A stretch of 64,000 nucleotides of DNA from NCBI GenBank assembly GCA_965224025.1, contig OZ245033.1, positions 928,001-992,000 on the forward strand. Direction: 5' to 3'. Positions 10,856 to 20,119 of this stretch are shown one piece after another. The stretch comes from Candidatus Multivorans sp. (GTDB lineage: Bacteria > Acidobacteriota > Thermoanaerobaculia > Multivoradales > Multivoraceae). The notes below the pieces were generated by a model. It did no database searches. It had not been told where the DNA came from and saw only the letters and a program-made list of their open reading frames with translations. Numbering within the stretch: the first letter of the stretch is position 1; each line of letters begins with the position of its first letter. Both the position numbers and the translations under genes were made by a program.

Positions 10856-11255
10856 TAGTCTGCTCGAGCCAAGCCGGCAAGGTCCTCATCGAGAATCAAC
10901 TCGGCGAGACCGATCATTCACACCTCGGACAGGTTCTCGCCTACGCGGCCGGGATCGAAGCCACCGTCATAGTCTGGGTGGCCGCCTCCTTTACCGAAGA
11001 ACATCGCGCTGCCATCGACTGGCTGAACAACATCACTGGCAGCCCCTGCCTGGGAAGAAGGCCTGCCGTATTGCACTCACGAAGGACCTCGATCCCAAAG
11101 ACGAGTCGATCTGGCCAGAGCAACACCGATGGCTCGCGGATCGCCTCGACCGAATGCACAAGGTTCTCGCCCCCCGAGTCAGGAATCTCTAACCCGTCCT
11201 GGAAAAGCAAGGTAACGGCGGGGACGCCTAAAGAAACTCGGGAGCTTCTGGCACC

Positions 11256-11462
11256 CGACGCCCTCCAGCCTGCGCAGGGTCCGAAGGGGAGGGTCCCAGC
11301 GAGGCTGTCGGCAAGCGACGGCCCATGCCCCTCCAGAAACCGACGACCAACCGGAGCGCAGCCGACCGCAGCGAGCACCTACCTCCCATTCATCCGACAA
11401 GTGCGAGCGTCCGCTGGGACCCTCCCCTTCGGACCCGGAGAAGGCGGGTGCAGCCGACGCCG
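11256..11462. repeat. ~205-bp structured repeat, copy 1 (25-bp inverted arms)
   Basis: GGGTCCGAAGGGGAGGGTCCCAGCG (11277) pairs perfectly with CGCTGGGACCCTCCCCTTCGGACCC (11412); homologous to 14329-14538. Confidence 0.8.
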
Positions 11463-11657
11463 TCGCGCCCGGCGACGGCACCACTGTCAATCCGATCCGG
11501 GCGGGCCACCGACGACCAGCGAGCTGCGGGTGAGGCGGCCTTAGAATGCCGCGTCGCACTCCGAACGCGGGTCCGTTCTCGTGTATGTCCGTAGTGCCCG
11601 CTCCCACGAGCAAGGCCGTCCTTGACGGACACGAACAGGGGATCATACGATCCCCAC

Positions 11658-12080
11658 ATGAACAAGCAGAGCGGGGGCAGAGACCAGATCGACCTCTCCG
11701 CGCTTGAGGAACCGACGTGCCCGTACTGCGAACAGCCAGCGACCACGACACTCGTGGACGACACATTCACTTATGGCTCAGGTGAAGACGCAGTGGAACT
11801 CCACGTCCGACTCCCGGTGAGACACTGCGAGGCCTGCGACTTCCACTTCATCGATCAGGTCGGCGAACGCATCCAGACCGAGGCGGTCTACCGCCACCAC
11901 GGCTTGCTGAGTCCCTGGGAGATCCGGGCGATCCGTGAGCGCCGGAAGCTGAGCCGTAAGGCCTTCGCCGAGATCACCGGCCTCGGCGAAGCAACGATCA
12001 AGCGCTGGGAAACCGGCGCCACCGCCCAGAACCGTGGGAACGACCGCTACTTGCGGCTGCTGAATGACGACTCCTGCTAG
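11658..12080 (+). CDS. MqsA-like antitoxin (Zn finger + HTH)
   Basis: 'CPYC...CEAC' zinc ribbon then 'LLSPWEIRAIRER...LGEATIKRWETG'; stop coincides with the IS1634 end. Confidence 0.75.
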   Translation: MNKQSGGRDQIDLSALEEPTCPYCEQPATTTLVDDTFTYGSGEDAVELHVRLPVRHCEACDFHFIDQVGERIQTEAVYRHHGLLSPWEIRAIRERRKLSRKAFAEITGLGEATIKRWETGATAQNRGNDRYLRLLNDDSC

Positions 12081-14053
12081 TCCGAAGTTCTGAGGCTCCT
12101 GGGGCCTCCTCGTCGTCGAGAGGCGTTGCAGTGCTTGGGTTTTCGGGTGTTGGGCCGCCCCTGTTTTCCGCCATTGGTAGCCATGTAATGATCTCGTGGC
12201 ATGTAGACATTCTGAATGGTTTCGTCTACAATGAGAAGCCATGTACATCGAACGGGTACCCAACCGAAACTCACCACCAGCCGTCCTGCTGAGAGAGTCC
12301 TACCGACAGGACGGAAAGGTCAAGAAACGCACTCTCGCCAACCTCTCCAAGTGGCCCGACCAACTCGTCGAAGGACTCAGAACCCTGCTCAAGGGAGGAG
12401 TCGCCCTGCCTTCGCTCGAGGCAGCCTTCGAGATCCTGCGCGCCAGACCGCACGGCCACGTCGCCGCCGTCCTCGGCGCGGCCCGAAGCCTCGGCCTCGA
12501 ACGGCTCCTCGATCGACGGCCCTCGCGCGAGCGGGCGCTGGCGCTGGCCATGATCGCGGCCCGCATCCTCGAGCCGCGATCCAAGCTCGCCACCGCCCGC
12601 GGACTCGCAAGCGAGACCATGAGCCACACCCTCGGCGAGGAACTCGGCGTGCAGGAGGCCTCGGCCGACGAACTCTACGGCGCCATGGACTGGCTGCTCG
12701 AAAGACAGCCGCGCATCGAGCGGACTCTTGCCCGGCGGCATCTGGAAGACGGCTCGCTGGTGCTCTGCGACGTGACCTCGGTCTACTTTGAGGGCAGGAA
12801 GTGCACGCTGGCCAGGCACGGCTACTCCAGGGACAAGAAGAGAGGCAAGGTCCAGATCGTCTTCGGCTTGCTCTGCAGCCGGGACGGATGCCCGGTCGCG
12901 GTCGAGGTATTCGAGGGCAACACGGCCGATCCGACGACCCTGAACGCCCAGGTGCAGAAGCTCCGCGACCGCTTCTCGCTGGAGAGGATCGTGATGATCT
13001 CAGACCGGGGCCTGATCACCGACGCGCGCATCCGCGAGGACCTCGACCCCGCGGGCCTGTCCTGGATCAGCGCCCTGCGCGCGCCGGCGATCAGGACGCT
13101 GGCCCAGGAAGGCCACCTGCAACTGTCGCTCTTCGACCAGCGGAAGATGGCCGAGATCAGGGTTCCGGAGCTGTACCCGAAGGAGCGCCTCGTGGTGTGC
13201 CGGAACCCGCTTCTGGCGGAGGAACGCGGCCGCAAGCGCCAGGAGCTTCTCGAAGCCACCGAGCGCAAGCTCGACGCCGTCGTTGCGGCGACGCGGCGCA
13301 AGAAGAACCCCCTGCGCGGCAAGGACGCCATCGCCGTGCGCGCGGACCGCGCCCGGGGCGCCTACAAGGTCGGCAAGCACTTCGAGGTCGAGATCGAAGA
13401 GGACGGCTTCCAATACCGCCGCAACGAGGCGCGCATCGCCGAGGAAGCCGCTCTCGACGGCTTCTACGTCATCCGCACCAACGTCCCCGAAGACGAACTG
13501 CCGGCAGCCGATGCGGTCCGCGCCTACAAGAGCCTCAGCCGCGTCGAACGCGCCTTCCGCTCCTTCAAGAGCGTCGACCTCAAAGTGCGCCCCGTCCACC
13601 ATCGCCTGGCCTCGAGGGTGCGCGCCCACGTCTTCCTCTGCATGCTCGCCTACTACGTCGAGTGGCACATGCGCCGGACCCTGGCGCCCATCCTCTTCGA
13701 CGACCAACGCCGCGACGACCAACGCGAGTCGCCAGTCGATCCCGCGCGCAGGTCGCCCGAGGCAATGGCCAAGGCCAACTCCCGGAGGACCCCCGACGGA
13801 CTCCCCGTCCACAGCTTCCAGACCTTGCTCGCCGACCTGGCCACGCTGACCCGAAACCGGGTGCGGATGCACGGCGACGCCGACTCCACAGCCGACGTCC
13901 TCGCACGGCCCACTCCACTCCAGAACGAAGCCTTCAAGCTACTCGGCATCCGCCCCTGAAGCCGACGTACCCAGTACAAGACACCGCCGAACAACTGAAA
14001 ACGCCCACCACTACAGGCGATTCCACGACTTGAAGCTCAGAACTTCGGGCTAG
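12077..14053 (+). mobile_element. IS1634-family insertion sequence
   Basis: CTAGTCCGAAGTTCTGAG ... CTCAGAACTTCGGGCTAG (18 bp, 1 mismatch, CTAG at both ends). Confidence 0.85.
12241..13959 (+). CDS. IS1634-family DDE transposase
   Basis: 'MYIERVPNRNSPPAVLLRESYR', 'DVTSVYFEG', 'GYSRD', 'SDRG', 'VERAFRSFKSVDLKVRPVHH'. Confidence 0.9.
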   Translation: MYIERVPNRNSPPAVLLRESYRQDGKVKKRTLANLSKWPDQLVEGLRTLLKGGVALPSLEAAFEILRARPHGHVAAVLGAARSLGLERLLDRRPSRERALALAMIAARILEPRSKLATARGLASETMSHTLGEELGVQEASADELYGAMDWLLERQPRIERTLARRHLEDGSLVLCDVTSVYFEGRKCTLARHGYSRDKKRGKVQIVFGLLCSRDGCPVAVEVFEGNTADPTTLNAQVQKLRDRFSLERIVMISDRGLITDARIREDLDPAGLSWISALRAPAIRTLAQEGHLQLSLFDQRKMAEIRVPELYPKERLVVCRNPLLAEERGRKRQELLEATERKLDAVVAATRRKKNPLRGKDAIAVRADRARGAYKVGKHFEVEIEEDGFQYRRNEARIAEEAALDGFYVIRTNVPEDELPAADAVRAYKSLSRVERAFRSFKSVDLKVRPVHHRLASRVRAHVFLCMLAYYVEWHMRRTLAPILFDDQRRDDQRESPVDPARRSPEAMAKANSRRTPDGLPVHSFQTLLADLATLTRNRVRMHGDADSTADVLARPTPLQNEAFKLLGIRP

Positions 14054-14199
14054 TCCGTGCTTGAGCGGCTGGCCGCCCCGCGAAAAGCGAAGCTCGATCC
14101 CGTCGCGTAGCGGCAGCCGCAACGCGGCGGGGGCACTCTGCTCACGGCGTAAGGTGCCCGCCTCCGGCCGGCCCGTGTTCCTGGCCGCCTACGGCGGCA

Positions 14200-14228
14200 G
14201 CGGACCAGAAGGTCCGCGCACCCAGAGA
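14200..14228 (-). repeat. REP-like palindrome (CTGGGTGCGCGGACC-TTCT-GGTCCGC)
   Basis: Hairpin; its 5' half recurs at 37273-37290. Confidence 0.6.
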
Positions 14229-14328
14229 ACGGTCGCCGTTGCTTTGAGTTGCTCTACCCAACTGGAGGAGCATCCTCCTTGCTGGTGCTCCGGAACTGGA
14301 ACGCGCATCCGTCGGAGGTAATGGCCTC

Positions 14329-14538
14329 CGACGACCTCCAGCCGGCGCAGGGTCCGAAGGGGTCACGTCCCAGCGAGGCTGTCGGCAAGCGACGGCCCAT
14401 GCCCGCTCATGAACCGACACCCAACCTGAGCGCAGCCGACCGCAGCGAGCGCTGCCCTTCCATTCATCCGGTAAGCGCAAGCGGCCGCTGGGACCTGACC
14501 CCTTCGGGCCCGGAGCAGGCGGGTGCCACCGACGCCGC
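14329..14538. repeat. ~210-bp structured repeat, copy 2
   Basis: Direct repeat of 11256-11462; arms 14350-14375 / 14486-14511 carry compensatory changes. Confidence 0.8.
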
Positions 14539-14614
14539 CACGCCAGCCCACCAGCCGACCCCCGCGACGTGGCGCAGCCGCGTCGCACCTGGCAGCCGTC
14601 CGGCTGCCTCGGAC

Positions 14615-15793
14615 TCAGTAGCTCCGCGGTAGCCCCAGGACGTGCTGGGCCAGGTACGTCAACACGAGGTTCGTCGAGATCGGCGCCGTCTGGAACAGCC
14701 GGCATTCGCGCCACTTGCGTTCGATGTCGTATTCCGTGGCGAAGGCGAAGCCGCCGAAGGTCTGGAAGCAGGTGTCGCCGGCGTTCCAGGCGGCTTCGGA
14801 GGCGAGGAGTTTGGCGCTGTTCGCTTCCGCGCCGCATTCGCGGCCGGCGTCGTAGAGGACGGCGGCCTTGCGGACGATCATTTCGGCGGCGTCGGTTTCG
14901 GCATGGGCTCGGGCGATCGGGAACTGGATGCCCTGGTTCTGGCCGATCGGTCGGCCGAAGACCTCGCGTTCGTTGGCGTACTCGACGGCGCGGCGGATGA
15001 AGTAGCGGGCGTCGCCGATCGCCTCGGAGGCGAGCAGGATGCGCTCGGCGTTCATGCCGCTCAGGATGTACTTGAAGCCGTGGCCCTCCTCGCCGATCCG
15101 GCTGCCGACCGGGATGCGCAGGTTGTCGAAGAAGACCTGGGTGGTGCCGTGGTTGATCATCGTGTCGATCGGCTGGATCTCCAGGCCGTTGCCGCGCGCC
15201 TCGCGCAGGTCGACGAGGAACACGGACAGGCCCCGTGAGCGCTTCTCGACCTGGTCCGCCGGCGTCGTCCGCGCGAGCAGGATCATCAGGTCGGAGTGGA
15301 GGGCGCGGCTGGTCCAGATCTTCTGGCCGTTCACGACGTAGGTGTCGCCGTCGCGGACCGCCGTGGTCCGGAGTTGAGTCGTGTCGGAGCCCGTCACCGG
15401 CTCGGTGACGCCGAACGCCTGCAGCCGCAGTTCGCCGCTTGCGATCTTCGGCAGGTACTGCTGCTTCTGTTCGTCGCTGCCGTGGCGCAGCACCGTGCCC
15501 ATCGTGTACATCTGGGCGTGGCAGGCGGCGGCGTTGCAGCCGCTCGAATGGATCGTCTCCAGGACCACGCTTGCCGCCCGCAGCGGCAGGCCGGAGCCGC
15601 CGTACTCCTCGGGAATCAGGCAGCCGAGGTACTCGTGCTCGGTCAGTGCCTGGACGAACTCCGTCGGGTACTCGGCGGCGGCGTCGAGACGCCGCCAGTA
15701 CTCGCCCGGGAACTGCTCGCAGATGCGGCGTACCGGATCGCGGAGGAAGGCGTAGTCGTCTTCGATCGAAACCTGGAGCTCGCTGTCGATCAT
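14615..15793 (-). CDS. Acyl-CoA dehydrogenase
   Basis: 'IPEEYGGSG', 'VTEPVTGSD', 'NGQKIWTS', 'REVFGRPIGQNQGIQF', 'FGGFAFATEYDIER'. Confidence 0.9.
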   Translation of the reverse strand: MIDSELQVSIEDDYAFLRDPVRRICEQFPGEYWRRLDAAAEYPTEFVQALTEHEYLGCLIPEEYGGSGLPLRAASVVLETIHSSGCNAAACHAQMYTMGTVLRHGSDEQKQQYLPKIASGELRLQAFGVTEPVTGSDTTQLRTTAVRDGDTYVVNGQKIWTSRALHSDLMILLARTTPADQVEKRSRGLSVFLVDLREARGNGLEIQPIDTMINHGTTQVFFDNLRIPVGSRIGEEGHGFKYILSGMNAERILLASEAIGDARYFIRRAVEYANEREVFGRPIGQNQGIQFPIARAHAETDAAEMIVRKAAVLYDAGRECGAEANSAKLLASEAAWNAGDTCFQTFGGFAFATEYDIERKWRECRLFQTAPISTNLVLTYLAQHVLGLPRSY

Positions 15794-15847
15794 GGCAGTT
15801 GATCGTAGCGCGGCCGCCGCCGGCGTCCGCGCACCGGGGACCCCTCG

Positions 15848-16417
15848 TCAGCCCCTCTGGCGCAGGACGCGCGCCGCGTGGGATCGCGCCAGGAAGGCGC
15901 CAACCAGCAGCGTAGCTCCAACCAGGAAGCCGGTGTAGTGGAGCGCATCGTCGCGGTAGCCGAAGACGAGCAACAGCGGGCCGACGGCCACCGCGACTCC
16001 CAACGCGCCGTAGATCTTCGTGCCGTAGATCCACTGGAACGGAAGGAAATGCGCGCCCACGATCGCCGCGAACGCAGCCGGCATGAAAGCCGGCTCCTGA
16101 TCCCATACGAGGAGCAGTGCCGGAAACGCGACGATCTGTACGAAGTTGAGCTGGAGCACCAGAGGCAGCAGCGGATCCGGCTGCGGCGCCGGGACGTATC
16201 CCCACCTTCTCTCCAAGGCAATGGCGACGGCGACGGCGGGCAGACCCAAAACCGGATACAACCACGGCGCGAGGTCGCGCGGAGCGACGTACGTCAGCCC
16301 CGCCGCGCCAATCCACGTCAAGCCGAAGACCAGCAGAAAGGGAAACCCGGCGAGCGAGGCGAGCGTCGCCTGTCGTCGGATGACATCGAGTTCTGCCCTA
16401 TCGGTCATGGCGTTCAT
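15848..16417 (-). CDS. Polytopic membrane protein (DUF7010-like)
   Basis: About six hydrophobic segments; 'IVGAHFLPFQWIY' motif. Confidence 0.65.
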   Translation of the reverse strand: MNAMTDRAELDVIRRQATLASLAGFPFLLVFGLTWIGAAGLTYVAPRDLAPWLYPVLGLPAVAVAIALERRWGYVPAPQPDPLLPLVLQLNFVQIVAFPALLLVWDQEPAFMPAAFAAIVGAHFLPFQWIYGTKIYGALGVAVAVGPLLLVFGYRDDALHYTGFLVGATLLVGAFLARSHAARVLRQRG

Positions 16418-16456
16418 TCTCACGGAAAACGGCGGAACGCTCCGAGCGCCGGCCAC

Positions 16457-17905
16457 TCATGCCCGAACCCGGTGGATCCGCACCAGGTTCGTCGGCGGAC
16501 GATCCTGGATCGGGTCGCCCATCAGCAGCACGATCGTGTCGCCGGGCAGGGCCAGGTTGCCGGCGAGGAGCTGCCGGTCCACCATCGCGACGACCTCGTC
16601 GTGGTGGTAGACCTCCTGCTCCATCCGCACGGAATGGACGCCCCAGACGAGCTGGAGTTCGCGCATGGTCCGCGGTTCACGGGTGAAAGCGAGCACCGGC
16701 GTCGACGGGCGGCGGCAGGCGACCTGGCGGGCCGTGAATCCGCCTTGGCTGAGGACCACGATTCCCTGCGCGCTCAGGTGCCGGGCCGACAGGATCGCCG
16801 CGGCCGAAACGGTCTCCGGGATCTCCAGCGCGCCCAGCCGGTTCGGCGGCTCGATGTCGTAGGGGCCGACCTCCATGGTGTGGAATCCGACCGGCTGCGA
16901 GGTGTGCTTCGAGAGCTGGTAGCGCTCCGACTCGGCGATGATCCGGTGCATCGTCTGCACCGCTTCCAGGGGATAGCGGCCGGCGGCGCTCTCGCCGGAC
17001 AGCATCATCGCGTCGGCGCCGTCGAACACGGCGTTGGCCACGTCCGAGGATTCGGCTCGGGTCGGCCGCGGATGCTCGATCATGGATTCCAGCATCTGGG
17101 TCGCCACGATCACCGGCCGCGCCAGCCGCCACCCGGTCTCGATGATCCGCTTCTGCTCCACCGGCACCCGGTGGAGCGGAATCTCGACGCCGAGGTCGCC
17201 CCGCGCCACCATCACGCCGTCGGATTCGAGCACGATCTCGTCCAGGTTCTCGAGCGCCCGGCGGCGCTCCAGCTTGGCAATCACCTGCAGGCCGCGGCCC
17301 GCCTCCCGGGCGGCTTCCCGCACCCGCACCACATCCGCGGAGCTGCCGATGTAGCTGGCGGCCAGGAAGTCGGCGTCCTCCTCGACCGCCATCCGGATAT
17401 CGCCCAGATCCTTGTCCGAAATGTGGAACGGCAGATGGCTGTCGGGCAGGTTCACGCCCTTGCGGCTCGACACGGCGCCGCCGATGATGACTTCCGCCTC
17501 GATCTTCTCCTCGTCCTTCGACCGGACCTCCAACTGCACCCGGCCGTCGTCGATCAGGATCTGTTCGCCCGGCTGGACATGCGTGACCATGTCGCGGTCG
17601 AGCGCCAGGTCCGCGCCGGCGCCCGCGCCCAGGAAAACGACATCGCCTCCCTTGAGCACCCGCGCGCCCTCAAAGTGATCGAGGCGGTGCCGCGGCCCCA
17701 TCAGGTCGACCATCACGCCGACCGGCCGGCCGGCCTCCTCGCTGACCTGCCGCACCAGCCGGACGAGGCGACGATGCTCCTCCCGGGTACCGTGCGACTG
17801 GTTCAGCCGGACGACGTTGACGCCGGCGCGGATCAGCCGCGCGAGGGTCCTGGGATTCGAACTCGCGGGGCCGATCGTGGCGACGATCTTGGCTCGGCGC
17901 TGCAC
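16457..17905 (-). CDS. pyk: Pyruvate kinase
   Basis: 'KIVATIGPAS', 'KGVNLP', 'VMVARGDLGVE', 'ATQMLESM', 'DAMMLSGESA'. Confidence 0.95.
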   Translation of the reverse strand: MQRRAKIVATIGPASSNPRTLARLIRAGVNVVRLNQSHGTREEHRRLVRLVRQVSEEAGRPVGVMVDLMGPRHRLDHFEGARVLKGGDVVFLGAGAGADLALDRDMVTHVQPGEQILIDDGRVQLEVRSKDEEKIEAEVIIGGAVSSRKGVNLPDSHLPFHISDKDLGDIRMAVEEDADFLAASYIGSSADVVRVREAAREAGRGLQVIAKLERRRALENLDEIVLESDGVMVARGDLGVEIPLHRVPVEQKRIIETGWRLARPVIVATQMLESMIEHPRPTRAESSDVANAVFDGADAMMLSGESAAGRYPLEAVQTMHRIIAESERYQLSKHTSQPVGFHTMEVGPYDIEPPNRLGALEIPETVSAAAILSARHLSAQGIVVLSQGGFTARQVACRRPSTPVLAFTREPRTMRELQLVWGVHSVRMEQEVYHHDEVVAMVDRQLLAGNLALPGDTIVLLMGDPIQDRPPTNLVRIHRVRA

Positions 17906-17958
17906 AGTGGTCTCAGTCCTCCGGGCTCACGTTCCGGACGGGGCGGTACCGACCTGCG

Positions 17959-18975
17959 TCAGGACCCTAGCTGCGCCAGGCGCTCGATCAAATCCGCAAC
18001 CCGGTTCGAGTAACCCCACTCGTTGTCATACCACGACACGACGCGGGCGTACACGCCGCCGCCCTCAGCCGGAGTGACTTGGGTCAGCGGCGCGTCGAAG
18101 ATCGACGAATGGGGATTGCCGAGGATGTCGCTCGAAACCAACGGGTCCTCCGAATACTGGAGGATGCCCGCCAGATTCGACTCGGCCGCCGCCGAAGCCG
18201 CCCCGTTCACGTCCTCCGCCGCGGCGCTACTGCGCAGCCTGCAGGTCAGGTCGACGATCGAGCCGTCCGCCACGGGCACCCGCATCGCCATGCCGTCGAG
18301 GCGGCCGTTCAGGTGCGGCAGCACCTTGCCGACGGCGCGCGCGGCGCCCGTCGTGGTGGGGATGATGTTGGCGGTCGCCGAGCGGCTGCGCCGCGGGTCG
18401 CTGTGCGGCGAATCGACCAGGCGCTGGCCGTTCGTGTACGCGTGAACGGTGGTGATGAAGCCCTCCTCGAAACCGAAGGCGTCATCGAGTGTCTTGGCCA
18501 AAGGCGCGAGGCAGTTCGTGGTGCAGGAGGCATTGGAGACCACGCGATGTTCCGGACCGAGATCGCCGTCGTTGACCCCGAGCACGATCATGGCGTCGAT
18601 CTCGTCCTTGGCCGGCACCGTCAGCACCACGCGCGAGGCGCCGGCTTCGAGGTGCGACGCCACCTGGGCGCGGGTCCGAAACACACCCGTCGACTCGACC
18701 GCGATGTCGACCCCGAGATCACTCCAGGGGAGCTGGGACGGATCCCGCTCCGCGCTGAGCCGGATCTGGCGGCCGCCGACGCGCAGGCCGTTGCCGGTCA
18801 CCTCGACCTCCTGGTCGAAGACTCCCTGCACCGTGTCGTAGCGCAGCAGGTAGGCCAGGCGCTCCGCGTCGAACAGGTCGTTGATGCCGACGACCTGCAC
18901 GTCGGGGCGGGCGGCCAGGATGCGGAAGACGCTGCGCCCGATCCTTCCGAATCCGTTGATGCCGACGCGGATCAT
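17959..18975 (-). CDS. gap: Type I glyceraldehyde-3-phosphate dehydrogenase
   Basis: 'GINGFGRIGR', 'ESTG', catalytic 'SNASCTTNC', 'TVHAYT', 'WYDNEWGY'. Confidence 0.95.
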   Translation of the reverse strand: MIRVGINGFGRIGRSVFRILAARPDVQVVGINDLFDAERLAYLLRYDTVQGVFDQEVEVTGNGLRVGGRQIRLSAERDPSQLPWSDLGVDIAVESTGVFRTRAQVASHLEAGASRVVLTVPAKDEIDAMIVLGVNDGDLGPEHRVVSNASCTTNCLAPLAKTLDDAFGFEEGFITTVHAYTNGQRLVDSPHSDPRRSRSATANIIPTTTGAARAVGKVLPHLNGRLDGMAMRVPVADGSIVDLTCRLRSSAAAEDVNGAASAAAESNLAGILQYSEDPLVSSDILGNPHSSIFDAPLTQVTPAEGGGVYARVVSWYDNEWGYSNRVADLIERLAQLGS

Positions 18976-20003
18976 GAGGCACCCCCTTCGGCGCCCGCCA
19001 CGCCATCGAGCGCGGCGACGAGTTCCAAGAGCCGGTGCAGGTAGCCCCAGCCGTTGTCGAACCAGGCGATCGTCTTCGAGACGTGATCGCCCAGGGTCAT
19101 CGTTCCCTGCGAGTCGAAGATGCAGGTCGCCCGGCTGCCCACGGTGTCCGCCGAGACGATCGCCTCGCGCTCGAAGCGCAGCCTGCCGCTCCACTCGCCG
19201 TCGGCGGCCGCGGCAACGGCCTCGTTGACCCCGGCAACGCTCACGGCGTCGCGGTGCCAGCACACGAGGTCGACCACGGAGCCGTTCGCAACCGGCACGT
19301 TCATCGCCGAAGCCGAGAGCTTGCCGCCGAGTTCGGGCAGCACGGTCTCGAGTTCCGCCGCGGCTTCCGTCGCCGAGGGGATGATGTTCTCGCCCGCCGC
19401 CCGGCCGGAGCGGAGCTCGGGCGCCGGTACGTCGGCGAGCCGCGAACCGGCGCCGTAGGCACGCACGGAACTGATGAACGCCTGCTCGACGCCGAACGCC
19501 CCGTCGAGGATGCGCAGCAACGGCCCGGCGCAGTGCGCGGTGAACGAACCGGCGGACACGATCCGGTCGGAGGGCTCGATCCGGCCGTCGTTCAAGCCGA
19601 CCACGACCGTCCGGTCCAGTTCCCCGCCCGGAGGCGCGCAGAGCACCACGCGCTCGGCGCCGGCCTCAAGGTGACCCTCGAGCTCGCTCCGCGTCGGCTG
19701 CGTGTCCCGGAAGTCGACCACGGTCGTGACCCCGAGGTCGCCCCAGGGCGCCTCGCCGGCGCTGCCGACGCGCACCACGCTGGCGCACGAGCCGTCGACG
19801 CACAGGCTGCCGTTCTCGAGCGCGACATCCGCGTCGAGCGGCCACGGCAGGGTCGAGAAGCGCAGCAGGTAGCGCAGCATCTCGGGATCGGCGGTGTCGG
19901 CCACGCCGGCAACCTCGATTTCGGGCCGGTCAAGAGAGAGGCGGAACAGGCTTCGACCGAGAAGGCCGAAGCCCATGATGCCAATGCGAGTCGGTGTCGT
20001 CAT
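18972..20003 (-). CDS. GAPDH-like paralog lacking catalytic Cys/His
   Basis: 'GIMGFGLLGR', 'SAGSFTAHC', 'SVRAYG', 'NIIPS', 'WFDNGWGY'; overlaps gap start by 4 nt. Confidence 0.8.
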   Translation of the reverse strand: MTTPTRIGIMGFGLLGRSLFRLSLDRPEIEVAGVADTADPEMLRYLLRFSTLPWPLDADVALENGSLCVDGSCASVVRVGSAGEAPWGDLGVTTVVDFRDTQPTRSELEGHLEAGAERVVLCAPPGGELDRTVVVGLNDGRIEPSDRIVSAGSFTAHCAGPLLRILDGAFGVEQAFISSVRAYGAGSRLADVPAPELRSGRAAGENIIPSATEAAAELETVLPELGGKLSASAMNVPVANGSVVDLVCWHRDAVSVAGVNEAVAAAADGEWSGRLRFEREAIVSADTVGSRATCIFDSQGTMTLGDHVSKTIAWFDNGWGYLHRLLELVAALDGVAGAEGGAS

Positions 20004-20119
20004 ATGAGTGCGAAGGCGGAAGATGTGGAAGAGAAGGTGGTCGACCGCGCGGAGGATAGCGGACGTTTGGACCGGTGTCCGTGTAGAGCCCGAAGTCTCC
20101 TCAGGACGGACGATCGGGC

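Larger units (their letters stand above)
9460..11192 (+). pseudogene. DUF4268-type (PD-(D/E)XK-like) gene split by IS630 and internally deleted
   Basis: Removing the IS and one TA restores 'WKHEENDFTPW...GADLVCSSQAGKVLIENQLGETDHSHLGQVLAYAAG'; the C-terminus 'LPGKKACRI...WPEQHRWL...RNL*' is in another frame. Confidence 0.7.

Noticed and set aside
11256-14538. Integron attC sites
   Set aside because: No RYYYAAC/GTTRRRY ends seen and no integron integrase
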